Shown: positions 39,300-48,948, counted from the stretch's first letter. The stretch is DNA of 64,000 nucleotides from an uncultured Methanosarcinales archaeon (GCA_964591655.1 CAZQDS010000001.1:7232-71231), one strand, 5' to 3'. Numbers and translations are program-made. The notes: generated from the sequence alone by a model not told the origin.

Positions 39300-41327
39300 T
39301 TATAATCTGCTTATGAAATTGGATCTCGGCGCGAATATGTCCCCCGCCTTTTTCAGCCTGTCAAGTATCTCCTCTGTCTTCTCTTGGTCTATGCCTTTGT
39401 CTTTTGCCCTCATAACAATATCATCGACGGGTATTTGTTTACCTATCTGTCCCTCTAGTTCGTGGATTATCTCTTTGATGGTCGATATTGTTCCTCTCTG
39501 GCTTGCAGTTATCCCTGTCGTTATCCTGTCAATATCCAATTTTCCTGTTTCTGGGTCTACACCTATCTGTGATAAGCAGAAATGCACGAGCTCTATGGCT
39601 CTTTTTGCATCGGTCTTTGTCACTTTATCTGATAGTCTGGACCTTGCGCTCGCCTCACTCAATCTTATGAGCGCCTCTAATTGCCTGGCCGATATCGGGA
39701 TCGATTTATATCCCTCTTCACCCTCACCAGTGGATCGCATTTTTACATAATACTCCTTTATCTCTTCTAATGCGCCATCGGTCATCTGCGGGTTGATGTG
39801 CTGTCTTCCGTAGGCGATATATTTTTTTAATATCTGTGTAGGTATGTCTATCTCTCCTCCAGATGATTCCTTATGGAGTTTTAATATGAAATCTGCAGTC
39901 CTTTCATCTTTTGCCTTATTAGGGATGTCTCTTATGGGGAATATCAGGTCGAACCTGTTGATCAATGTCGATGGCAGCTCAATCTGTTTAGGGATCAATT
40001 CATACGGATCGAACCTTCCGAATTTTGGGTTTGCTGCCGCCAAAACAGTTGTTTCAGCACGTAGTGTCGCAGAGATGTTTGCCTTGTTTATGGAGATGGT
40101 CTGCTGTTCCAATGCCTCGTGCATTGCTGAAGTGTCCTCTTTAGTCATTTTATCCAACTCATCTATACAGCAGATTCCCCTGTTTGTCAGCACAAGTGCT
40201 CCGGCCTCTAATGCATATCCTCTCAGGAATTCGTCCTTGACGACTGTCGCAGTCAATCCTGCAGCGCTCGCACCCTTTCCAGAGACATATCTTGATTTTG
40301 GCGCAACGATGGAGACCCTCTTCAGCATCTGGCTCTTTCCAGATCCAGGATCTCCTATCAGGAGCACATGTATGTCTCCTCTTGTAACAGAGCCATCATC
40401 TTTCTTTTTTCTTACTCCGCCGAATAGTTGTAATATCAAGGCCTCTTTCACTTTTTCATGACCATATATCGAAGGGGCGACAGAATTGATTAGTCTCTTC
40501 GTGAGTTTAGGGTCTTCAGACAGCTCCTTTATCTCTTTGACTTCTTCATCAGTTATTAATAATTCGGTGAAATCTTCTGCTACGGCCTCTACATGGTTTG
40601 CTTCCAGCATCAAGTCGAATCTTGTAAGTTTTCCGCCGTCTCTTGCGATTATAGGGACTTCTTTCAACACTCCTGTGATTATGTTTTTAGATCCAGGATT
40701 CGTCTTTTTTTCAGACATGGGACTGACTAGGTCTGATTTCAAGAATATATCCAGCCGTTTTGGCTGTTCTGAACCTTCTAATTCTTCAGGCGCTTCTTCA
40801 AGAACTATCTTTTGCGCATCGATCATCTCTTTACTTATTAATTTGAATTTGCCTTTTCTTCCGCAACCACATTTTGTCGGCTCCCTGAATTTTGTATCGA
40901 ACTGTAAGACCGTCAAAGTGTTTCCACAACTAGGACATTCGAATCTTGCAGATGTGACTTGCGGTCTGACGTCTGATTTCTGTCGTATTATCCCGGTGAC
41001 TTGTATGAATTTGTTTAAGTGGGTGCTTCTGATGTTCCTTATCATCTCCTGCTGTGTTTTCGGCAGATTCCTGACCCTGACTTTGAAGTCTTTTATATTG
41101 AATCCGAATTGTTCTATGCTTATCTCTGCAGCCCTTATCGTGTCTTCAGGATTGTCTATCAGGTCTTGTGCAAGGTCTAGGTTGAACTTACTCAATTCAC
41201 TGAAATTAATGGATATTGATTTGTCTCCCTTGGACATCGCCTGATGCAATTGTTTTTTATATATCAGGTCAAAGAATTCATGAAACTTATCTATCTGTTC
41301 TGTGACGTCCATGGCTTTCAGGAACAT
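39300..41327 (-). CDS. mcm: MCM replicative helicase
   Basis: Zn finger 'CPSCGN...CGCG', Walker A 'LLIGDPGSGKSQML', Walker B 'CIDELDKM', arginine finger 'SARQLEALIRLSEA'. 675 aa, with no intein. Confidence 0.9.
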   Translation of the reverse strand: MFLKAMDVTEQIDKFHEFFDLIYKKQLHQAMSKGDKSISINFSELSKFNLDLAQDLIDNPEDTIRAAEISIEQFGFNIKDFKVRVRNLPKTQQEMIRNIRSTHLNKFIQVTGIIRQKSDVRPQVTSARFECPSCGNTLTVLQFDTKFREPTKCGCGRKGKFKLISKEMIDAQKIVLEEAPEELEGSEQPKRLDIFLKSDLVSPMSEKKTNPGSKNIITGVLKEVPIIARDGGKLTRFDLMLEANHVEAVAEDFTELLITDEEVKEIKELSEDPKLTKRLINSVAPSIYGHEKVKEALILQLFGGVRKKKDDGSVTRGDIHVLLIGDPGSGKSQMLKRVSIVAPKSRYVSGKGASAAGLTATVVKDEFLRGYALEAGALVLTNRGICCIDELDKMTKEDTSAMHEALEQQTISINKANISATLRAETTVLAAANPKFGRFDPYELIPKQIELPSTLINRFDLIFPIRDIPNKAKDERTADFILKLHKESSGGEIDIPTQILKKYIAYGRQHINPQMTDGALEEIKEYYVKMRSTGEGEEGYKSIPISARQLEALIRLSEASARSRLSDKVTKTDAKRAIELVHFCLSQIGVDPETGKLDIDRITTGITASQRGTISTIKEIIHELEGQIGKQIPVDDIVMRAKDKGIDQEKTEEILDRLKKAGDIFAPRSNFISRL

Positions 41328-41390
41328 TCAGCTAAGCTAAACTGTCCATCCCCCTCAAATTTTAAAAGTAAAAAAATTGAAAATATTTTA

Positions 41391-41449
41391 TTGAAATTTA
41401 TTAAAAATTTCAATTTTTAATTCCAAAACTTATTTTCTAAATAAGTTTT
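41391..41449. terminator. two perfect inverted repeats in the tbp-mcm intergenic region
   Basis: 41391..41413 is ttgaaattt-attaa-aaatttcaa. 41425..41449 is aaaacttattt-tct-aaataagtttt (11-bp arms), immediately 3' of the TBP stop. Confidence 0.35.
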
Positions 41450-41450
41450 G

Positions 41451-42074
41451 TTATATCTTCTTCAATATGACTATCAACTTGTCAAGCGCTTGTCTCGCTT
41501 CTTCTTCAGATTTTGTTCCCGTACATACTACTTTTCCGTTGCTGAAAAGCAAGAATGTCGCTTTTGCCTCTATCATCTTATATACTAGTCCCGGGAATTG
41601 TTCCGGCTCATATTCTGTGTTCGGAAGCTTCATCGCTAATGTATTCAGGTTGAGGTCCATCCCGGTTGTTCCTGCAGCGACCATGTTCTGTATTGTTATT
41701 TTTGGCTTGATAGTTATCTTTATGCCTATCTTTTGTAGGCTCTCTATTATTTTTTGTATGGACTCTTCCACTTTTTGTATGCTTCTTGCTCCTGTGCAGA
41801 CTATTTTTCCTGAGCTGAATATCAATGCTGATGTCTTAGGGTCCTTTATCCTTATTACCAATCCAGGGAACTGTTCCGGATTGTATTCTGTGTTGCTTAA
41901 TGTTGCAGCCATCTTTTCTAATGGTATGTTGTGCTCGAGTGAAGAGCTTACGACTATGTTCACTATCTGAAGATCTTTTGTTGATTCCTGATTCTTTTCA
42001 GAAGTTTTCTTTGTCGGTTTTTTTGCCATTTTACTTCCCCCTAACCTGTTGGTTATTGAATGTTTTTTTGTCAT
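41451..42074 (-). CDS. tbp: TATA-box binding protein
   Basis: Two direct repeats with 'PEQFPGLV(I/Y)' in each and a basic N-terminal extension; 207 aa. Confidence 0.9.
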   Translation of the reverse strand: MTKKHSITNRLGGSKMAKKPTKKTSEKNQESTKDLQIVNIVVSSSLEHNIPLEKMAATLSNTEYNPEQFPGLVIRIKDPKTSALIFSSGKIVCTGARSIQKVEESIQKIIESLQKIGIKITIKPKITIQNMVAAGTTGMDLNLNTLAMKLPNTEYEPEQFPGLVYKMIEAKATFLLFSNGKVVCTGTKSEEEARQALDKLIVILKKI

Positions 42075-42236
42075 TTTTTTTAGAGTATATAAATGCTTAT
42101 TTATAAAGGAAATCTTTGATTATTTATAAATGCTATGATTGATTGTCCTGTGTAAGCACGTTTTATACTTAAAACCCTCCATGAGAAATGAAGGTCTGCT
42201 GTCATTTTCAGGAGGCAAACCTTTGTTTCTTGTGGA

Positions 42237-42968
42237 GTGCTTGATTTTCCGATTTTGAGCACAGAAAATGCCACATTTCTTACATCAGTATACAAAAACA
42301 ACCCCTATGTTTCATGTGGAAACTTGAAAGGAGTGATTATTAGAAAACTATATATCTTGTATTTGTTTCTTATGTTCATGGATATAATAAAATTCAACGG
42401 ATTTCCATCAAATCCTGAATTCAATCTTCATGAAGTGACGAAGCTTCTTCTGGAGAATGGTGTTGATGGGTACATGATCACTCCGTCATCTGATTTTTTC
42501 TCTTACGTTTACGATATAGGAGAGACACATAATGCGAAAACACTTAATAAATTGCTTGAAACTTCAGATATAGAATTGCCAAAGCAACCATTTTTCTCGC
42601 TTTTCTATCGATTGGATGTGAGCGATTTCAACGCAGCATATCTTTATGGGCCCGGCTTTAAGGAATATCTCACGATGAAAACCCCTCGGCTCGAGAACAT
42701 AACGAATATCAGCAGAGGACTGAGCCAAATTGTCAGGATACCGTTGATTGCAGTATATGATGGAGAAAGATGGGCGTTGCCGAAATTCCAAGTTTATGAA
42801 AATGGGACGGTCACAAAAGAATCTGCCCTCGCAGGCAAAGAGCCTTTCAATCCCGATTACGGGGATAAAGACGAGCAGAAACTCATGGATAATTTTCGCA
42901 AAGCTTTTGATAATTATGATTCATTGGACGATGTGCTTGACAGATTCAGCAGGCTGTTCTTAGAGTGA
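42237..42968 (+). CDS. hypothetical protein
   Basis: ORF only; the true start is probably an internal Met (MFMDIIKF). Confidence 0.3.
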   Translation: MLDFPILSTENATFLTSVYKNNPYVSCGNLKGVIIRKLYILYLFLMFMDIIKFNGFPSNPEFNLHEVTKLLLENGVDGYMITPSSDFFSYVYDIGETHNAKTLNKLLETSDIELPKQPFFSLFYRLDVSDFNAAYLYGPGFKEYLTMKTPRLENITNISRGLSQIVRIPLIAVYDGERWALPKFQVYENGTVTKESALAGKEPFNPDYGDKDEQKLMDNFRKAFDNYDSLDDVLDRFSRLFLE

Positions 42969-42972
42969 TTAA

Positions 42973-43677
42973 TCATATCACAAATCTTTCTACTATCTTC
43001 CCTAATTCTTCGACATTATGCGCTTCAAAATTCCCTTTGTTAACGGCCGGATTGTTCCAATCGACGACTATCGTCTTTATGCCTAATTCCTTGCATGTGA
43101 GGATGTCCTTGTCTCCTTGACCGATGTAAAAGAGTGGCTTACCATGTTTCTTGATAAAAAGTTCGATCAATTCTTTCTTGCTAGGGACCTCTTCCATGGG
43201 ACTCGCGGAAACGATGTCGAACAGGTCCTTGCAGTTTATCTTTTCAAGTATGCCATTTATTGCTGCTGTAGGTGCAGAAGTGATAAGGACTATGACGAAT
43301 CTCTTCTTCATGCTTTTCAAATACTCCGCAAAATCCTCGACAAGATCCCATTTCTTTATCGATTCGACGACCATCATCGAGTAGATGTTCCTCGCGAACG
43401 CATTTCTGGTCTTTATATCTATATCCCCGAGATATTTCTTCATTATCTCCTGCACATCAGAGAAATAATCTTCCTTGAATGCCAGCTCATTTATAGAATA
43501 ATCCCTGATGAGCTCGCCCATGACCCTGAACCATTCCTTATGCGCAGCATCAAAAGGCCTCTGTTTAATCAATGCAACATTCAAGTCAATGATGATTGCA
43601 GGCTTAGACATAACAGGGCAAAAGCATGTCAGGTTAAAATATTTTACTGAATAAAAAGAATAAACTATATAAAACAT
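42973..43677 (-). CDS. HAD-superfamily hydrolase-like (degenerate motif I)
   Basis: Motif I-like 'IIIDLNVAL' (D-x-N), 'VLITSAP' (motif II), and 'YIGQGDKDILTCKELGIKTIVV' (motif IV GDxxxD). Confidence 0.4.
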   Translation of the reverse strand: MFYIVYSFYSVKYFNLTCFCPVMSKPAIIIDLNVALIKQRPFDAAHKEWFRVMGELIRDYSINELAFKEDYFSDVQEIMKKYLGDIDIKTRNAFARNIYSMMVVESIKKWDLVEDFAEYLKSMKKRFVIVLITSAPTAAINGILEKINCKDLFDIVSASPMEEVPSKKELIELFIKKHGKPLFYIGQGDKDILTCKELGIKTIVVDWNNPAVNKGNFEAHNVEELGKIVERFVI

Positions 43678-43693
43678 TTATATTCCACATTCA

Positions 43694-44131
43694 TTGGTGA
43701 TTGTAATGGAAAGGCATGGTGTTCAGATAATAACTTATGATAATAATGGAGAATTATTCTTCTTGATATTGAGAAGGGTCGAAGGATGGCATGGTTGGGA
43801 GTTCCCGAAGACATTGCTTGAAGACGGAGAGGGTGAGGAGACTGCAATAAACAGGCTTGTCAAAGAGCAGGTAGGGATATCCAAGTTCAAGATAGTTAAA
43901 GAGCTTAATTCTACATGCGCATTCCAGGACGGGCAGGACACTCACGTATTCCAATTCTATCTGATAAACGCATCGATGAACATCCCTGTAAAGAATTATG
44001 CTGCAGGAAAGAAGCATGATAATTATCTATGGGCGATGCTCGATTCAGTGCAGAACAAGCTGACATGGGAGCCTGAAAAGGTCGCACTGAAAGAAGCCCT
44101 GGAAGAAGTGAAGAAAGTGGAAGGGTTATAA
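43694..44131 (+). CDS. NUDIX hydrolase
   Basis: Nudix box 'GEGEETAINRLVKEQVGI'. Confidence 0.55.
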   Translation: MVIVMERHGVQIITYDNNGELFFLILRRVEGWHGWEFPKTLLEDGEGEETAINRLVKEQVGISKFKIVKELNSTCAFQDGQDTHVFQFYLINASMNIPVKNYAAGKKHDNYLWAMLDSVQNKLTWEPEKVALKEALEEVKKVEGL

Positions 44132-44186
44132 TTTTTTTAATATTTTTTCTGAAATAAAATAAAAAAATATAATTGAAAAATTATTC

Positions 44187-45128
44187 TTAGCAGTTTGTCT
44201 CATACTTGAATGCGTTGCATGAGCACCTGTATGTCCATGGCGGACCCTGTCCTACGCCGACGCAGTTCCCTGTCTGGCATTCTCCTCCATGCGCACATAG
44301 TTCCCCTACGGCTTTCTTAGTCGGCTGTTGAGGTGCAGGATTGTCCACACAGAAGTTCAATGGTGCCGCTTGCGATCCTCTCGGCCTTGCATTGTCGAAT
44401 GGACACGTCTTGAGCAATTGTGAATCCGCACAAGGCACAGTACACACGACAATCCCGTTCTCTTCGCATTTCACTGCCTTGGCATTTATGCTTCCGATCG
44501 TCGTCACGCAGAATGTATCGCCGCCTTTATATGCTGCACATGTGACGAGCTTCTTGTTTGTCTGGTAGAATTCACACACCCTGTTTCCAGGATATTCTCC
44601 TATGTCCTGTGATTGTTGAGGTGGAGAGAGCACTATCGGCACTTGTGCCTTGTTCATTCCTATGCTTATGAATGGTCTCGCGACAAACAATAATACTCCT
44701 CTGAAGAACATGTTCGCTTCTATCTTTATCTTCTTCTGTTTATACAGATATGCGAATGTCCCCATCCTATCTGTGCTTTGCAGCATCGCGTCAAAATCCT
44801 CTTCACTTACGTATGCCGTGTATGACGGCTTTGCAGAGACTTCTTTTGAGAATGAGATTATCTTTCCGCTTTTCAATGTGAGCATGAACTGTTTAGAATC
44901 CCCTACTCTGACATTGAAATCGCCGTTCTTGTACAATGTCTTTACATATCCCGGGATCTCTGGCTGGCAGGAGTTCAATTGATCATTCAATTGAGGTATC
45001 TCCTCGATGAATGCGTTAGTATATTTTGCACCGACAGTTATCGTGCACTCCGCAGATGCGAACGCCGCTAAAGAAATAAACATCAACATATATATCCATA
45101 TCTTCATATTATCGACCCCCTTATGCAC
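44187..45128 (-). CDS. secreted Cys-rich protein
   Basis: Signal peptide 'MKIWIYMLMFISLAAFASA'; C-terminal Cys cluster 'CAHGGECQTGNCVG...YRCSCNAFKYETNC'. Confidence 0.4.
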   Translation of the reverse strand: MHKGVDNMKIWIYMLMFISLAAFASAECTITVGAKYTNAFIEEIPQLNDQLNSCQPEIPGYVKTLYKNGDFNVRVGDSKQFMLTLKSGKIISFSKEVSAKPSYTAYVSEEDFDAMLQSTDRMGTFAYLYKQKKIKIEANMFFRGVLLFVARPFISIGMNKAQVPIVLSPPQQSQDIGEYPGNRVCEFYQTNKKLVTCAAYKGGDTFCVTTIGSINAKAVKCEENGIVVCTVPCADSQLLKTCPFDNARPRGSQAAPLNFCVDNPAPQQPTKKAVGELCAHGGECQTGNCVGVGQGPPWTYRCSCNAFKYETNC

Positions 45129-45191
45129 ATAGTATCTTTTTTATATTTAAAGGTTGTGGAATGCTCAAGAATTACAAATGATATTGATATC

Positions 45192-45869
45192 TCATCTCAT
45201 CAAGTCATCGACTTCTCTTTTCGTCAAGTATCTCCATTTGCCTATCTTGACGTCCATCCTAAGATTTCCTATCTTCACCCTAGAAAGCTCTTTGACGAAA
45301 TATCCTTGCTTGAAGAACAGCCTCTTGATTATGTGTTTCTTGCCCTCATGTATTGTGACTTCTACCTGGTCCTTCTGGAACAGTTTTATCTTCGCCTTTA
45401 TCCACCCGTCCTGCAGGTTTATCCCTTGTTCCATCTTTTTTATGTCCTTCTCTTCAATCCTCTTGTCGAGTTTCACATAGTATGTCTTCTCTTTCTCATA
45501 TCTTGGATGTGTTATCTTGTTCGCGAAGTCTCCATCGTTTGTCAATAAGAGAAGCCCTGTCGTGTTCTTGTCCAGTCTGCCTACAGGAAAAATCCTGTCG
45601 GGGATGTTTATCAATTGCAATACTGATTTTGTTCCTGGCGCAAGCGTCGATTCATAATGCTTCGGCTTGTTCAGCATTATATATATCGGCTTGGCTTTTT
45701 TTATGGATTCATCATTTGCCAATATCTCGTCCTTCTCAGGATCTGCCTTATCGCCAAGCTTTATCCGCTTACCATTGACTAACACTTTTCCTTTAGAGAT
45801 TAGCTCTTCAGCATGTCTCCTGGAGCAGTACCCTGCATTCGCCATTATCTTCTGAACACGTTCTTCCAT
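45192..45869 (-). CDS. RsuA/RluB-type pseudouridine synthase
   Basis: S4 domain 'ANAGYCSRRHAEELISKGKVLVNGK' and catalytic 'VGRLDKNTTGLLLLTNDG'. Confidence 0.7.
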   Translation of the reverse strand: MEERVQKIMANAGYCSRRHAEELISKGKVLVNGKRIKLGDKADPEKDEILANDESIKKAKPIYIMLNKPKHYESTLAPGTKSVLQLINIPDRIFPVGRLDKNTTGLLLLTNDGDFANKITHPRYEKEKTYYVKLDKRIEEKDIKKMEQGINLQDGWIKAKIKLFQKDQVEVTIHEGKKHIIKRLFFKQGYFVKELSRVKIGNLRMDVKIGKWRYLTKREVDDLMR

Positions 45870-45929
45870 GATTCAAGGGATATCATTCTGTATATAAACA
45901 TTTTTAAAATTAGCACACATTCTAGGAGT

Positions 45930-46454
45930 ATGTTCGATGTCGTGATGCCGAATAAGAATGAGGAAGAATTCATTGAGATGGCACTCTCTTTAGGGTATGA
46001 CGAGATAGTCTTCTTGACAAAAGACATCAGATATAGATATTCCTCGAATAAGATCAAGGTAAGGACTGCGTTCCTTGTCTCGACAACAAACCAGATAAGC
46101 GTCGCGAGAAAGAATTTTGATTACGTGTTCGCGAATGCAGAAAGACAATTCTTCGAATCTAAAGTCGATTATATAATAAATGCGGAATTGTATGATAGAA
46201 AGGACTCTTTCCATTATAAGAGGACTGCGCTCAACCAGGTGCATGCAAAACTTTGCAGAGAAAAAAATATCTGCTTAGTATTCTCATTCAATAATATCTT
46301 GGCAAGAAACAGGATACAGACACTTGGCAGGATGTTTCAGAATGCGACGATAGCGAAGAAATACAAGTTATCGACTGCGGCATTCAGCATGGCGCACGAT
46401 CCGATGAATATGAAATCCAGAACAATATTGGACGCGTTTAGAAGCATCCTATGA
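45930..46454 (+). CDS. RNase P protein subunit Rpp30-like (Rnp3)
   Basis: Start chosen at the internal Met 'MFDVVMPNKNEEEFIEMALSLGYDEIV'. Blocks 'QVHAKLCREKNICLVFSFNNIL' and 'KLSTAAFSMAHDPMNMKSRTILDAF' parallel archaeal Rpp30 ('HVLAKL..KNVALGFSL', '[23 protein letters not shown]'). Confidence 0.5.
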   Translation: MFDVVMPNKNEEEFIEMALSLGYDEIVFLTKDIRYRYSSNKIKVRTAFLVSTTNQISVARKNFDYVFANAERQFFESKVDYIINAELYDRKDSFHYKRTALNQVHAKLCREKNICLVFSFNNILARNRIQTLGRMFQNATIAKKYKLSTAAFSMAHDPMNMKSRTILDAFRSIL

Positions 46455-46496
46455 TTAAATTTATATATTGTCTATTTTTTCTTTAAATGTGATACG

Positions 46497-46901
46497 ATGA
46501 CATATATGAGCCCAGTCGATTTTAGATTTTTCAACAAATTTTATCAGCATCTTGAAACGCGTAGTTTGAAAGGAGATGCATTTAGAGACACTCTCGGCTA
46601 TATGAAAATTCTAGTCGATAAAATGAATAAGCTCTATGATGTGAATTTAGGATATGATTATAAAAGCGAATCTCATACACTCAAGAGGTTTTTTTGTGAT
46701 GCCCTGATTTGCAAAGAAAGCGAATATAAAAAATTTGTCAGCAATCTATCTGAAGTTGTAGATTTTATGGATAAAAATGTGCGTGCCCCTATTAGGAGTT
46801 CATTGAAGGAGTCTCTGGAAAAAGATTTGGGCACAATAATAAGACATATCAAGATTAAGACATTAGCGGACCTTAGGTCTCCAGTGAAAGATAATTCTTG
46901 A
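46497..46901 (+). CDS. hypothetical protein (134 aa)
   Basis: ORF only. Confidence 0.3.
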   Translation: MTYMSPVDFRFFNKFYQHLETRSLKGDAFRDTLGYMKILVDKMNKLYDVNLGYDYKSESHTLKRFFCDALICKESEYKKFVSNLSEVVDFMDKNVRAPIRSSLKESLEKDLGTIIRHIKIKTLADLRSPVKDNS

Positions 46902-46942
46902 GAGTCCATAACATTTAAATAATCTAGAAAAATTCTACATTT

Positions 46943-47371
46943 ATGAATAGCAAATTTCCTGGCGATGAAAATTATTCTTTTATTGCATACTCTTCTTCAT
47001 TGAAAAATTTTTTGGACATATGGGATGGCACGTATGTGCATTCAGATAGCGACAAGAAAAAAATTCTTGGTGATGCCAAGAGATTCATAACCGCAATAAA
47101 AGGCGTGGCGCAGGTCGGCGATATAGGATTTGGCGATTTAGCTGGAAGAACCTATAGGATCATGATTGCTGAAAAATTGAACCTTCAATCTACAGAACAG
47201 TTCGACTTGTTCATAAATGACTTGTCAAATATCGTCGATGCATTATATGAAGGTGAATCATTGCCAAAAAGAAGCGATGTGTATTTCGGCTTGCAAAAAA
47301 TCGAGCGATACCTATCTTCAGAAGCGGCGAAAAAACAATTTAAGTATATCCATTCCAATGATGACGATTAA
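46943..47371 (+). CDS. hypothetical protein (142 aa)
   Basis: ORF only. Confidence 0.3.
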   Translation: MNSKFPGDENYSFIAYSSSLKNFLDIWDGTYVHSDSDKKKILGDAKRFITAIKGVAQVGDIGFGDLAGRTYRIMIAEKLNLQSTEQFDLFINDLSNIVDALYEGESLPKRSDVYFGLQKIERYLSSEAAKKQFKYIHSNDDD

Positions 47372-47416
47372 AAAACACCCATAACATTTAAATACTCTTC
47401 AAAACCAGATTTCTAC

Positions 47417-48196
47417 ATGTATGGGTATTGGTATTCGGTCAAGGAGAACTTTTCTTTCTCAAGGATAGAATTATCACAATTGTTCTGGACATCGCTGGCT
47501 TTCGGGTTCGCGTTGTCTTTCAGGAAATGGGGTACCGGAGACAGTGTCGATGTCCCTGTAGGAATAGTCAATCTCCTATTTGCGACAGTCGTAGTGCTGT
47601 TGTGTATGTATGTGCATGTTTCATTGCAGAAACTCGTGGCCATAAAATTAGGCTATAAGGCAACGTACTCATATTGGCTTAACGGTGCATTGTTCGCCGT
47701 CTTCTTGGCGTTCTTATCATTCGGTTATATAGCATTCATACTTCCTGGCGCCGTCATGGTCGAACACATTCCTCGTCTGAGGGTCGGGAAATTCAGGTAT
47801 GGTACGAATCTTAAGGATATCGCAAGAGTGGCGTTGGCAGGTCCGGTGTCCCATATACTGCTTGTCTTGATAATCGGCCCGTTGTTTTTCGTTTCTGGAA
47901 GGAACGACGTATTGTTATCTATGATAATAGTCAATCTGTTGCTTGCGATATATTCCATTCTGCCGATACCAAAAATAGACATGCCTAGCAAGATGGATTC
48001 GGGATCTGATGGATTGGGGTTGTTCTATTTTTCAAGGACCTTATATGTCCTCGTCTTAGTTACTGTACTGGCGTTTTCCGCCCTCGTATTCTCGTCAGCG
48101 AATTCTGTAGGCATGGGGTGGTTATTCATAATAGCATTCGTAATAGGATGCATATTTGCTCTTTTCTATAGTGTTTCACTCGAGCAAAAAAATTAG
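47417..48196 (+). CDS. polytopic membrane protein
   Basis: 7-8 hydrophobic helices; no catalytic motif recognised. Confidence 0.4.
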   Translation: MYGYWYSVKENFSFSRIELSQLFWTSLAFGFALSFRKWGTGDSVDVPVGIVNLLFATVVVLLCMYVHVSLQKLVAIKLGYKATYSYWLNGALFAVFLAFLSFGYIAFILPGAVMVEHIPRLRVGKFRYGTNLKDIARVALAGPVSHILLVLIIGPLFFVSGRNDVLLSMIIVNLLLAIYSILPIPKIDMPSKMDSGSDGLGLFYFSRTLYVLVLVTVLAFSALVFSSANSVGMGWLFIIAFVIGCIFALFYSVSLEQKN

Positions 48197-48325
48197 CTCC
48201 GTCGAAAAAAACTCAAAATGTTTCGACAATGTTTTACCGTCTACAAATTTAATTTCTCCGACTGAAAAATAATAAACTTTATAAACTAGTTACTCCAGGA
48301 TACACTATAACTCGTATGAGTTGGG

Positions 48326-48577
48326 GTGACTAATATGGAAACAGTTGCAAAAGTTGGAGTAAAGAAACAAAAGGGATACCTGTATTTCGTAGATAAACAG
48401 GGAGACATCTCAGCTGCTACAATGGCTCGAGGCGGCGGAAAAGCAAAGAAGGGCTCAAAGAAGGTAGCAAAAGTTGGAGTAAAGAAAGAGAAGGGCTACT
48501 TATATTTCGTAGATAAGAAGGGAAACGTCTCTAGGGCAAAGATGGCTCGAGGCGGAAGAAAGAAAAAGAGAAAATAA
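48326..48577 (+). CDS. small highly basic protein made of two tandem ~38-aa repeats
   Basis: 'VAKVGVKKQKGYLYFVDKQGDISAATMARGGGKAKKG' followed by 'VAKVGVKKEKGYLYFVDKKGNVSRAKMARGGRKKKRK'. The repeat is also obvious at the DNA level. Confidence 0.5.
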   Translation: MTNMETVAKVGVKKQKGYLYFVDKQGDISAATMARGGGKAKKGSKKVAKVGVKKEKGYLYFVDKKGNVSRAKMARGGRKKKRK

Positions 48578-48655
48578 TAAAAATTTGTTAAACAAATTTT
48601 TAGAACAAGAAATTGTAACACAATTTCTTTGTAAATCTTTTTTAGTATTTTTTTC

Positions 48656-48680
48656 TAAAGAGGCAAAACCTCTTTTTTTA
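48656..48680. terminator. hairpin plus T-tract terminator between convergent genes
   Basis: aagagg-caaaa-cctctt followed by T7 (aaagaggcaaaacctcttttttt). Confidence 0.5.
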
Positions 48681-48699
48681 TTCTATTTTTTTGATTGCA

Positions 48700-48948
48700 C
48701 TACTTGCGCTTACATTTCTTCCAGTAGATGATTCCTACCAGAACAGATACTATTAGCGATGCCGTAGTATATATTATTCTAAAAAATTCCCATCTGGAAT
48801 AATCGCAACTAAACAGGTCATCGCTCACTTTGATGCAAGACATCTTTACGCTCATGCTAGAATTCACCACTATCAACAGTGCGCCCGTCAAAAAAACAAA
48901 AATCAACAATCCTAGGCCTATTGCTCTAATAACCGGTTTCATAATCAA
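48700..48948 (-). CDS. small membrane protein (82 aa)
   Basis: Two hydrophobic helices; basic C-terminus. Confidence 0.35.
   Translation of the reverse strand: MIMKPVIRAIGLGLLIFVFLTGALLIVVNSSMSVKMSCIKVSDDLFSCDYSRWEFFRIIYTTASLIVSVLVGIIYWKKCKRK

Noticed and set aside
29828-41327. Possibility of inteins in PolD DP2, MCM, RFC or Cdc6
   Set aside because: Protein lengths (1216, 675, 318, 401 aa) and uninterrupted catalytic motifs are consistent with intein-free genes. No HNH/LAGLIDADG blocks seen.
46497-46901. Calling the 134-aa gene downstream of Rpp30 as the RNase P Pop5 subunit, on synteny grounds
   Set aside because: No sequence resemblance to Pop5 that I can see. Synteny alone is insufficient.
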